Source: Chitinophagaceae bacterium (lineage in GTDB: Bacteria > Bacteroidota > Bacteroidia > Chitinophagales > Chitinophagaceae). From it: 64,000 nucleotides of DNA. The notes below the pieces were generated by a model. It had not been told where the DNA came from, did not search any database, and saw only the letters and a list, made by a program, of their open reading frames with translations. Shown here piece by piece: positions 31,400-40,629 of the stretch. Where the stretch lies: NCBI GenBank assembly GCA_016713085.1, contig JADJPV010000002.1:1575352-1639351 (forward strand), read 5' to 3'. Position 1 is the stretch's first letter; every line of letters begins with the position of its first letter. Position numbers and translations under genes: made by a program.

Positions 31400-32224
31400 A
31401 TGACAACAAAAGAATTAAAACAAAAATCGCTGATATACCGTAAGAAGATTTTACAGTACATCACCAAAGCAAAAGCCGGGCATACCGGCGGCAGTTTGTC
31501 GAGTATCGATATTTTAAATGTACTGTATAACGAAGTTTTGAATGTATCTCCGCAAAATTTCACTTCACCTGACAGGGACAGGTATGTGCAAAGCAAGGGG
31601 CATTGTGTGGAAGCATTATATGTAGTACTTGCAGACAAAGGTTTTTTTCCTGAAGATGATTTGAATACCCTCTGCCAATATAAATCCCACTACATTGGCC
31701 ATCCAACAAAAAAAATAAAAGGCGTTGAACAAAATACCGGTGCATTAGGACATGGATTGCCTATTTGTGTTGGAACAGCACTCGCTGCAAAAATGGATGA
31801 AAAAGATTACAGAGTATTTACATTACTGGGAGATGGCGAATTACCTGAAGGCTCAAACTGGGAAGCGGCTTTGACAGCGGCACATTACAAACTGGATAAC
31901 CTTTGTGCTGTTATTGACAAAAACAATTTACAGATTTCCGGCACTACTGCTGAAGTTTGCAATACAGACCCATTGGATAAAAAATTTGAGAGTTTTGGCT
32001 GGGCCGTAAAAGAAATAAACGGCAATGATGTGGATGAATTAAAAGCAGCGTTCAACAGCTTACCCTTTGAAAAGGGAAAGCCTTCGGTAATCATTGCACA
32101 CACGATAAAAGGTAAGGGTGTAAGCTATATGGAGAACGATGTAAAATGGCATCATGGTGTACCTGATAAAGAACAGTACGAATCAGCGCAGAAAGAATTA
32201 GATCATGCATTAACCCTGATATAA
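31400..32224 (+). CDS. Transketolase N-terminal (TPP-binding) subunit, AptA-like
   Basis: GHTGGSLS, SKGH, TGALGHGL, GDGELPEGSNWEA, HTIKGKG and WHHG motifs. Confidence 0.92.
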   Translation: MTTKELKQKSLIYRKKILQYITKAKAGHTGGSLSSIDILNVLYNEVLNVSPQNFTSPDRDRYVQSKGHCVEALYVVLADKGFFPEDDLNTLCQYKSHYIGHPTKKIKGVEQNTGALGHGLPICVGTALAAKMDEKDYRVFTLLGDGELPEGSNWEAALTAAHYKLDNLCAVIDKNNLQISGTTAEVCNTDPLDKKFESFGWAVKEINGNDVDELKAAFNSLPFEKGKPSVIIAHTIKGKGVSYMENDVKWHHGVPDKEQYESAQKELDHALTLI

Positions 32225-32225
32225 A

Positions 32226-33200
32226 ATGGCAGATCAGATCAATACAAATAGTTACAAGGCAAACTTAGAAATATTTTCAGAAACATTACAGCGCTTAGCT
32301 GCAGATGATAAGAATGTTATTGCTGTAACCAGTGACAGCCGTGGCTCAGGAAAACTGGTGCCCTTTGGGAAAAAATTCCCGAAACAGATTGTGGAAATTG
32401 GTATTGCTGAACAAAATTTAGTGGGTGTTGCTGCCGGGTTAGCGGCATGCGGCAAAAAAGTATTCGCCGTTTCACCTGCCTGTTTTTTAACCGCAAGGGC
32501 ATTAGAACAAATAAAGAATGATGTCGCCTACAGTGATAATCCCGTTAATGTGATTGGCATAAGTGCTGGCGTCAGTTATGGTGCATTGGGAAGTACACAT
32601 CACAGTTTACATGATTATGCTGCCTTAAGAGCAATCAATAATATAATGATTGTAGCACCGGCTGATAATTTTGAAACCGAACAGGCTATTGAGCTGGCAT
32701 CTAAAACCAATCAGCCAATTTATCTGCGCTTTGGCAAAAAGCCAATGCCTCCTTTGAAAGCAATAAATAATGATGTATTTGTATTTGGAAAAGGAAGAAT
32801 AATTACAGAAGGAAATGATGTTGCAATCATTGCAACCGGAGAAACTGTTTACCCGGCATTACAGGCGGCGGCTAAATTAAAAAGTGAAGGAGTTTATGCT
32901 ACCGTCATCAGTATGCATACCATTAAACCTTTGGATACAGAATTATTACAGACTGTTGCCGGTAAATGTAAAGCAATTGTAACGGTAGAAGAGCATAGTG
33001 TGAATGGTGGATTGGGTGAAGCCTGTGCTTCTTACCTGCTGCAGAACCAGTTTGCAAAACCATTTAAAATTATTGGAATACCTGATGAGTACACCGTCAC
33101 AGGATCACAACAGGATATTTTTAATCATTATGGAATAAATGAAGAAGGTATTGCTGAAGAGGTGAATAAATTATTAGAAAAAAAACCGGTGCACTCTTAA
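32226..33200 (+). CDS. Transketolase C-terminal subunit, AptB-like
   Basis: EIGIAEQNLVGVAAGLA, GSTHHSLHD, YLRFGK, TIKPLD and VEEHSVNGGLGEA motifs. Confidence 0.92.
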   Translation: MADQINTNSYKANLEIFSETLQRLAADDKNVIAVTSDSRGSGKLVPFGKKFPKQIVEIGIAEQNLVGVAAGLAACGKKVFAVSPACFLTARALEQIKNDVAYSDNPVNVIGISAGVSYGALGSTHHSLHDYAALRAINNIMIVAPADNFETEQAIELASKTNQPIYLRFGKKPMPPLKAINNDVFVFGKGRIITEGNDVAIIATGETVYPALQAAAKLKSEGVYATVISMHTIKPLDTELLQTVAGKCKAIVTVEEHSVNGGLGEACASYLLQNQFAKPFKIIGIPDEYTVTGSQQDIFNHYGINEEGIAEEVNKLLEKKPVHS

Positions 33201-33295
33201 GTTATTTGTTGCATTAGAGACTATTAACAGGTTATTTTAAGTACCGGCCACAGGAATATATTTTAACGATTGAATTACAAAGTAAAATTTGTTCA

Positions 33296-34246
33296 ATGCA
33301 AAAACGGGTGCCATTTTCTCCATTGCTGCTATTATTGTTAATGCTGTTTTTTTTTACTCAATGTAAAACCAAAACAACAGACAAAAAACAGCACAAGATT
33401 GCTATTGTTGTTTCTACACTCAATAATCCCTGGTTTGTTTTCCTTGCAGAAACAGCTGCTGCAAAATCAAAGGCGCTGGGTTATGAAGCGAAGATTTTTG
33501 ATTCCCAAAACAACACAGCTTTAGAAAGTGATCATTTCGAAAATATCATTGTTTCGGGTTTTGATGCAATTCTTTTTAATTCTACCGATGCAAATGGGTC
33601 TGTAGCCAATGTATTAAAAGCAAAAGCTGCCGGTGTACCGGTGTTTTGCATGGACAGGGAAGTAAACAGCAACGATCCCACCTCACAAATTTTAAGCGAC
33701 AGTTATTCCGGTGCAGTTGCTATTGGAAAATATTTTACTCAGCAATTAAATAAAAAAGGAACCTATGTAGAACTGCTCGGTATTGTGGGTGATAATAATA
33801 CCTGGGCAAGAAGCAAGGGTTTTCACAGTGTGGTGGATAATTACACGGGGTTAAAAATGGTTGCGCAGCAAAGTGCCGACTTTGACCGCAACAAAGCAAT
33901 GGAAGTAATGGAATCCATTTTGCAGGCCCACCCTGGTATTGATGCCGTTTTTTGTGGTAACGATGGCATGGCAAGCGGAGCCTACCAGGCATTGGTTTCA
34001 ATCGGAAAGGCAAATAAAATAAAAGTATATGGATTTGACGGTGCAGAAGATGTAATTACATCTATTGGCGAAAATAAAATTGCAGCAACCGGCATGCAGT
34101 TCCCTAAAGTAATGGCCGAAACGGCCGCACAGTTTGCAGATGAATATATAAAAGGAAGAAGAGATTTTCCGGAAAAAATACCTGTTGCAGTTGAATTGGT
34201 TACTGTAAAAAATATTGCCGATTACATTGCTTACGGTAAAAAATAA
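33296..34246 (+). CDS. Sugar ABC transporter substrate-binding protein (RbsB-like), probable lipoprotein
   Basis: [30 protein letters not shown] and GFDG motifs; hydrophobic leader ending in FTQC. Confidence 0.9.
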   Translation: MQKRVPFSPLLLLLLMLFFFTQCKTKTTDKKQHKIAIVVSTLNNPWFVFLAETAAAKSKALGYEAKIFDSQNNTALESDHFENIIVSGFDAILFNSTDANGSVANVLKAKAAGVPVFCMDREVNSNDPTSQILSDSYSGAVAIGKYFTQQLNKKGTYVELLGIVGDNNTWARSKGFHSVVDNYTGLKMVAQQSADFDRNKAMEVMESILQAHPGIDAVFCGNDGMASGAYQALVSIGKANKIKVYGFDGAEDVITSIGENKIAATGMQFPKVMAETAAQFADEYIKGRRDFPEKIPVAVELVTVKNIADYIAYGKK

Positions 34247-34253
34247 ACAACCA

Positions 34254-34883
34254 ATGAAGAAACTTGTAGCATATATTCTTATTGCAGCCATCACAGGTTT
34301 AGTGGGTTATAACTCAGTTTACTTTAAAAAGCTTAGTGATGTAAGAAACTCATCTGTTGAGAAATTTGATGCCGTAACTTTTTCTAAACAATTGTGGTCC
34401 GAAAAAATGCCACAAAAACTTGACAGTGCTGTTGATTTAGCAGTTTTGATAAACGCAGTTACTGCTGACAAAGAAGCTGCACTTAACAATTATTCAAATG
34501 CTTTGGGCATTGGTAATTACCGGTACGCATTGATTAAAACCCAGGCAACTGTTACAGCTGTAAATGAAGATGAATTACTGATTCAAATATCTGTTTCCGA
34601 CTCTGCACTGAATGCTGTACTTGCCACAGAATATATCTATGGCAATGCCATCCGTGATGCCTCTGCATTGGTAGATCTGAAAGATTTCTCTAACACATCC
34701 GATTTAAACAGTATTTCTGAAGAACTGAATAAAACAGTGAGAACAACTGTATTGCCCATATTCAGGAAAAGTGTAAAGAAAGGAGATAAACTGAAAATCA
34801 CTGCTGCAGTTGAATTAAACAAAGAGCATATTAAATGGAACGGATTGGAACTGCTTCCTCTCCGCCTGCAAATAGTAAACTAA
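34254..34883 (+). CDS. DUF2291 family protein
   Basis: N-terminal anchor and GNAIRDAS.LVDLKDFSNTSDLNSISEELN motif; lies between the SBP and the ATPase. Confidence 0.75.
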   Translation: MKKLVAYILIAAITGLVGYNSVYFKKLSDVRNSSVEKFDAVTFSKQLWSEKMPQKLDSAVDLAVLINAVTADKEAALNNYSNALGIGNYRYALIKTQATVTAVNEDELLIQISVSDSALNAVLATEYIYGNAIRDASALVDLKDFSNTSDLNSISEELNKTVRTTVLPIFRKSVKKGDKLKITAAVELNKEHIKWNGLELLPLRLQIVN

Positions 34884-36389
34884 ATGCTGGAAGCAAAAAA
34901 TATATCAAAGAAATTTTCGGGTGTTACTGCCCTTTCAAACATCAATCTTGTATTGCATCCCGGCAAGGTAAATGCAATCATTGGTGAAAATGGAGCAGGT
35001 AAATCTACTTTGATGAAAATTTTTTCAGGAGTATACACTCAATATGAAGGCCAGATTATTTATAACGGAAAGCCGGTTAAATTTTCCGGTACAAAAGCAG
35101 CCGAAGATGCAGGCATTGCCATCATTCACCAGGAGCTGAACCTTGTTCCGCATTTAACCATCGCAGAAAATATTTTTCTGGGCCGGGAGCTTACCAATGC
35201 CTTTGGTGTGCTGGATAAAAAAAGGATGAATGAAATTACAAAGCAATTACTTTCAAGATTAAATCTTTCCATAAGCCCCGATACAAAAATTGTTGAAATA
35301 AAAGTTGGCCAGCAGCAGTTAGTGGAAATAGCAAAAGCATTATATTCCAATGCATCTGTTATTATAATGGACGAACCTACTTCTGCCATCAGCGACAAAG
35401 AAGTGGATAACCTGTTTGCCATTATTGCTCAGTTAAAAAGTGAAGGAAAAACAATCGCTTATATCTCTCATAAGTTTAAAGAGCTTTTTGCCATTGCCGA
35501 CCACTATGTTGTATTAAGAGATGGCGCTACTGCAGATGCTGGCGATATGCAACAGGCAACACAGGAATCGTTGATTCAAAAAATGACAGGCAGAGATGTT
35601 ACACTGCAAAAGCGAACAGGGAATGCAACTGAAGCAGAAATATTACTTTCTGCTAATAAAATATACCTCCGTCATCCTGAAATAAAAACCACCTGTTTGC
35701 TCAGTAATATTTCCTTCAATTTATACAAAGGCGAAATTTTAGGGGTTTATGGATTGATGGGTGCAGGCAGAACAGAACTGATGGAAACCATTTTTGGACT
35801 TCATCCTAAAAATGCAAGTGGTGAAATATTCGTTGAAGAGTCAGTAAAAAAAATCAAGTCCCCCTGCGACGCTATTAAGGCCGGTATTGCTTTGGTACCG
35901 GAGGATAGAAAATTGCAGGGCTTAATTCTTAATCAATCTGTAAGTAAAAACATAAGCCTTACCATTTTACAGCAATTGCAGCAATGGGGCATTATGCTGA
36001 GTAATACAAAAGAGAAAGCGTTATCGGTAAATTATATCAGCAGGCTTGGCATTAAAACGTCATCGGGCAATAATGCTGCACAAAACCTGAGTGGTGGTAA
36101 TCAGCAAAAAATTGTTATTGCAAAATGGCTGGCCACCAATCCAAAAATATTGTTGCTTGATGAACCTACCCGTGGTATCGACATTACTGCAAAATCAGAA
36201 ATATACAAGTTGATGAAATCACTTGCAGCTGAGGGTCTTGGTATCATCATGGTTTCATCTGAGCTGCCTGAAATACTGGCTGTATCAGACAGAATTCTGG
36301 TAATGTGTGAAGGAGAGCTGACAGCCAATCTGCCAATTGCTGCTGCTAACGAACAGGAAATTCTAAAATATGCCATCCATAAAAACTGA
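34884..36389 (+). CDS. Sugar ABC transporter ATP-binding protein (RbsA-like, two domains)
   Basis: GENGAGKST, MDEPTSA, VPEDRK, LSGGNQQK and LDEPTRGID motifs. Confidence 0.95.
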   Translation: MLEAKNISKKFSGVTALSNINLVLHPGKVNAIIGENGAGKSTLMKIFSGVYTQYEGQIIYNGKPVKFSGTKAAEDAGIAIIHQELNLVPHLTIAENIFLGRELTNAFGVLDKKRMNEITKQLLSRLNLSISPDTKIVEIKVGQQQLVEIAKALYSNASVIIMDEPTSAISDKEVDNLFAIIAQLKSEGKTIAYISHKFKELFAIADHYVVLRDGATADAGDMQQATQESLIQKMTGRDVTLQKRTGNATEAEILLSANKIYLRHPEIKTTCLLSNISFNLYKGEILGVYGLMGAGRTELMETIFGLHPKNASGEIFVEESVKKIKSPCDAIKAGIALVPEDRKLQGLILNQSVSKNISLTILQQLQQWGIMLSNTKEKALSVNYISRLGIKTSSGNNAAQNLSGGNQQKIVIAKWLATNPKILLLDEPTRGIDITAKSEIYKLMKSLAAEGLGIIMVSSELPEILAVSDRILVMCEGELTANLPIAAANEQEILKYAIHKN

Positions 36390-36397
36390 TTGAACGA

Positions 36398-37378
36398 ATG
36401 ACAACAACTGCATTATCATATAAAAGTAACTTAAGTAAATTTCAATCGCTGATTGCACTGCTGGTATTATGCATTGTATTAAGTTTTCTTACCGATAAGT
36501 TTTTTACTGCTGCCAATGGAGTAAATGTACTGAGACAGGTTGCAGTAAATGTTTGCATCGCCACCGGTATGACGTTAATAGTACTTACAGCAGGTATTGA
36601 TTTATCTGTCGGTTCTGTTTTAGCTTTATGCGGCGCTATCACTGCCGGTTTATTAAAAAATGGCATGCAGTTTCCCTCAGCAGACCTTTTTATTGGCTTC
36701 ACAATTTTAGGTGCTGTACTGGGTGCAATTATTATTGGTGGTTTACTGGGTTTATTCAACGGACTTGTGATTACCAAATTTAAAGTACCGCCCTTTGTGG
36801 CCACTTTAGCCATGCTAACTATTGCAAGAGGTTTCACCATGTTGTATACAGGAGGCCACCCTATCAGCAACCTTGGAAATAATTTTGCATATATCGGTGC
36901 AGGTTCTTTTATTGGTATACCTGTGCCGGTTTGGATTGCAACGATTGTAGTTTTGCTGGCGGTTTTTATTACCAAAAAAACAAAACTCGGAAGATATATC
37001 TATGCCATTGGTGGCAATGAAACTGCCGCTAAACTTTCGGGTATTCGCATTAACAGGGTAAAATTAATAGTGTATAGTTTGGGTGCAGCACTGGCTGCTG
37101 TTGGTGGTGTGATTGTTACTTCAAGGTTAGATTCTGCACAACCCAATGCCGGTATCAGTTACGAACTGGATGCTATTGCAGCAGTTGTCATTGGCGGCAC
37201 TTCATTAAATGGTGGTAAAGGAAGTGTGTGGGGTACTGTTATTGGCGCTGTAATTATCGGCGTATTAAATAATGGTTTGGTATTGCTGAATGTTTCTCCT
37301 TTCTGGCAGCAGGTAGTGAAAGGTGGAGTGATATTACTGGCAGTTATTATTGATAAAATGGGTGATAAAAAAGAATAA
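36398..37378 (+). CDS. Sugar ABC transporter permease (RbsC-like)
   Basis: GIDLSVGS, VPPFVATL, GRYIYAIGGNE and YELDAIAAVVIGGTSL.GGKG motifs. Confidence 0.95.
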   Translation: MTTTALSYKSNLSKFQSLIALLVLCIVLSFLTDKFFTAANGVNVLRQVAVNVCIATGMTLIVLTAGIDLSVGSVLALCGAITAGLLKNGMQFPSADLFIGFTILGAVLGAIIIGGLLGLFNGLVITKFKVPPFVATLAMLTIARGFTMLYTGGHPISNLGNNFAYIGAGSFIGIPVPVWIATIVVLLAVFITKKTKLGRYIYAIGGNETAAKLSGIRINRVKLIVYSLGAALAAVGGVIVTSRLDSAQPNAGISYELDAIAAVVIGGTSLNGGKGSVWGTVIGAVIIGVLNNGLVLLNVSPFWQQVVKGGVILLAVIIDKMGDKKE

Positions 37379-37384
37379 ACTATT

Positions 37385-38908
37385 TTGCAAAACAAAAAAT
37401 ATATACTGGCAATAGACCAGGGTACCAGCTCTACGAAGTCGCTAATATTTGATTCAGATGGCAACGCAATTGCCAAAGGTTCAGAACCCCTTCACAGCAA
37501 TTACCTTGATAATAGTTTTGTGGAACAGGACCCTGAAGCTATATATCAGAATGTATTGACATCAGTAAAAAAATGTTTACAACAATTTTACGAAAAGGGT
37601 TTTAAAGAAACAGATATAGCTGCCATAGGTATAGACAATCAACGGGAAACATTTGTTATCTGGGATAAAGATGGCAAACCACTATATCCAGCCGTGGTAT
37701 GGCAATGCAAACGTTCGGTGCAGGTATGTGAGCAGTTAAAAGAAAAAGGTTTGTCAGCAAGCATACAGCAAAAAACAGGCCTGGTGATTGACCCCTATTT
37801 TTCTGCTACTAAACTTATCTGGTTGTTTCAGAATAATGAAACCATCAGAGATGCAGTTAAAAGCGGCAATGCTTTTTTCGGAACAATTGATACCTGGTTA
37901 TTATACAAATTAACAAACGGAAAAGAATACGCAACAGATTACACAAATGCATCCCGTACATTACTTTTTAACCTGCATACACTGCAATGGGATAAAGAAT
38001 TAATTGATGCTTATGGACTGACAGGTATTCAATTACCGAAAATAAAATCATCCTCCTTTTTGTTTGGAGAAACGCTGCTCAACGGATTGTTTAAAAATGC
38101 TGTTCCCATAACTGCACTTATCGGAGATTCACATGCAGCCGCATTTGGCGAAGGTTGTTTTGAAACAGGCACCGCCAAAGCCACATTAGGAACAGGTTGC
38201 AGTATTTTACTGAATATAGGTAGCAAACCATTGCCTTCAAAAAACGGAATGGTTACAACCGTATGCTGGAGTATAGAAAACAGAATTGACTTTGCTTACG
38301 AAGGTGTGATTGTTTCATGCGGCGCTGCAATTGAATGGATGAAAAACGAATTACATCTTTTTAATGACAGCAAAGAAACAGAAGCCATGGCCAATGCTGT
38401 TGCAGATAATGGCGGGGTGTATTTAATTCCGGCATTCAGTGGTTTGGGTTCTCCACATTGGCAAATGGACAGAAGGGCCTCGCTTTCAGGAATGAGTTTC
38501 AGCACAACTAAAAATCATGTTGTAAGAGCGGCACTTGAATCTATCCCCTATCAGATAATGGACGTGGTAACTGCTATGGAAAAAGACGCAGGACTGTCAT
38601 TAAAAGAGCTCAATGCGGATGGAGGTATCAGCTCCAACCTGTTTGTGATTCAGTTAATCGCTGATTTGCTGAATAAAAAGGTAGCTACCATTGGCATGCC
38701 TGACGTTTCTGCGTTGGGGGCAGCATTGCTGGCAGGCCTTAGCTCCGGGGTATATGAAAGTATTGATGCTCTGAAGAAAATGAAAACAGATAAAAAACAT
38801 TACACTCCAGCCAATACTGTTGATGCAGAAAAAAAATATAAGGGTTGGCAGCATGAAATTCAACAGTATTTAATCATAAAAAATAATCACATCAGTTCAG
38901 GCATATGA
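37385..38908 (+). CDS. FGGY carbohydrate kinase, glycerol-kinase-like (candidate apulose kinase); TTG start
   Basis: LAIDQGTSSTK, NQRET, YFSATK, TDYTNASRT, GDSHAA, KATLGTG and ADGG motifs. Confidence 0.88.
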   Translation: MQNKKYILAIDQGTSSTKSLIFDSDGNAIAKGSEPLHSNYLDNSFVEQDPEAIYQNVLTSVKKCLQQFYEKGFKETDIAAIGIDNQRETFVIWDKDGKPLYPAVVWQCKRSVQVCEQLKEKGLSASIQQKTGLVIDPYFSATKLIWLFQNNETIRDAVKSGNAFFGTIDTWLLYKLTNGKEYATDYTNASRTLLFNLHTLQWDKELIDAYGLTGIQLPKIKSSSFLFGETLLNGLFKNAVPITALIGDSHAAAFGEGCFETGTAKATLGTGCSILLNIGSKPLPSKNGMVTTVCWSIENRIDFAYEGVIVSCGAAIEWMKNELHLFNDSKETEAMANAVADNGGVYLIPAFSGLGSPHWQMDRRASLSGMSFSTTKNHVVRAALESIPYQIMDVVTAMEKDAGLSLKELNADGGISSNLFVIQLIADLLNKKVATIGMPDVSALGAALLAGLSSGVYESIDALKKMKTDKKHYTPANTVDAEKKYKGWQHEIQQYLIIKNNHISSGI

Positions 38909-40525
38909 AACAGAAATTCAAAGCCGGCTTAGCAGCTACTTTATTATTCTTGCTGTGCGGTTCTTTTCTTTGCCCAACAGCAAGTACAGCAATGGAACAG
39001 GTTTGAAGTTGTATTAAAACAAATATACAATGGCAATGCTTTTGCCAATGTAAAGCTTACCGCTAAATTTATCAGCAAAGACACGACATATATTGCAGAT
39101 GGATTTTATGATGGCGATAATACGTTTATAATCCGTTTTATGCCGGAAAAACCCGGCCATTGGACTTACGTTACCAGCAGTAACATAAAGCAACTCAACA
39201 ATCAAAAAGGAAATTTTGAATGTGTAGCTGCATCAGGCAATAATCATGGAATAGTAAGGGTAAGCAATACGTATAATTTCAAGTATGCAGATGGCAAACA
39301 ATACTATCCTGTAGGTACTACTGCTTATGCATGGAACCACATGAGTAAGCCAGTGCAGGAAATGACTTTGCAATCATTAAAACAATCTGGTTTCAATAAA
39401 GTGCGTATGTGTGTATTTCCCAAAGATTACAACCTGGTAAAAGAAGAACCCGAAATATACCCTTTCGTTTCAGCCGGAATAGAAAAAGGGCCGAATGGAA
39501 AAGAAAGAAAGGTCTGGGATTTCACCACCTTTAACCCCGCTTTTTTCCGTGTGCTGGAAAAACAAATTGATGAATTGAATCAATTGGGCATTGAAGCTGA
39601 TCTGATTCTTTTTCATCCGTATGATAAAGGCCGCTGGGGTTTTGATTCATTACCAATGGATGTAAATTTCAAATACATCAAATACATTGTTGCAAGGTTA
39701 GGCTCGTTCCGGAATGTATGGTGGTCACTTGCAAACGAATGGGATTTGGTAAAATATAAATCACATGACGATTGGATTGCGTTGTCAAAAGCTGTAGCCG
39801 AAACTGACCCCTATCATCATTTAACTTCTATACATGGAAGCACTGCAAAATATATTGAATACTGGTTGCCGTATTATACGCATGTAAGCATACAGGATGA
39901 AGGCCCGGTTTTGCATTGGGGTGCGGCTGTTATTTTACGCAATGCCTATTATAAACCTGTTATTTATGATGAAGTGGGTTATGAAGGAAACCTTGTAAGC
40001 CGCTGGGGCCGCTATAGTGGCGAAGAGATGAACTACCTGATGTGGATGGGTGCTATTGGGGGTACTTATGTTACGCATGGCGAATCGTATATGTTTAAAG
40101 ATGCAACTGATACCATCTTCTGGGCAAAAGGCGGAACATTCAAAGGTACAAGCTGGAAGAGAGCAGGGTTTTTAAGGAAGATTTTAGAAGAAGCACCCGG
40201 CCCATTAGAAGCATCTGATGGAAGCCGTGATTTTAAAACAGCATCAGGCGGCAACGGACACTTCATTGTTTATTTCGGAAAAGAGATGAATGAGTATTGG
40301 TATTTCAATCTTCCGCAAAGAAATGGTTCATTCACCAGGCTTACCGCAGGAAAAAAATATAAAGTAGAAATTATTGACACCTGGGATATGACGATTACAC
40401 CTGTTACTGCTGTATTTGAAACAACTCCGGCAGAAGATTACCGTTTATATGATAAGGATAGAAAAAAAATCAGACTGCCAGCAAAACCTTATATCGCATT
40501 GCGAATAACAGAAATTACAAAATAG
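38905..40525 (+). CDS. Secreted DUF5060/DUF4038/DUF5605 protein (apiosidase/GH140-like TIM barrel); frameshift in the signal peptide at about 38933-38970
   Basis: ATG at 38905 overlaps the kinase TGA. The mature frame reads QQVQQWNRFE...GFYDGDNTFIIRFMPEKPGHW (DUF5060), then YADGKQYYPVGTTAYAW, WWSLANEWD, PVIYDEVGYEG, THGESY and a YKVEIIDTWDMTI tail. Confidence 0.75.
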
Positions 40526-40629
40526 CAGTCTTACGTTTGTGTGTTTTACATTTATAATAGTATAATCAGCACAATAGCCTGATACCTGTTAAATGCCTTT
40601 TCCAATTTAGTTTAAAATCTGCCATCAAC

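Noticed and set aside
37385-38908. Calling the FGGY kinase glpK and the ABC genes rbsABC
   Set aside because: There is no glpD/glpF or rbsK/rbsD. The context (isomerase, split transketolase, DUF2291, DUF4038) argues for another substrate, so symbols were withheld.
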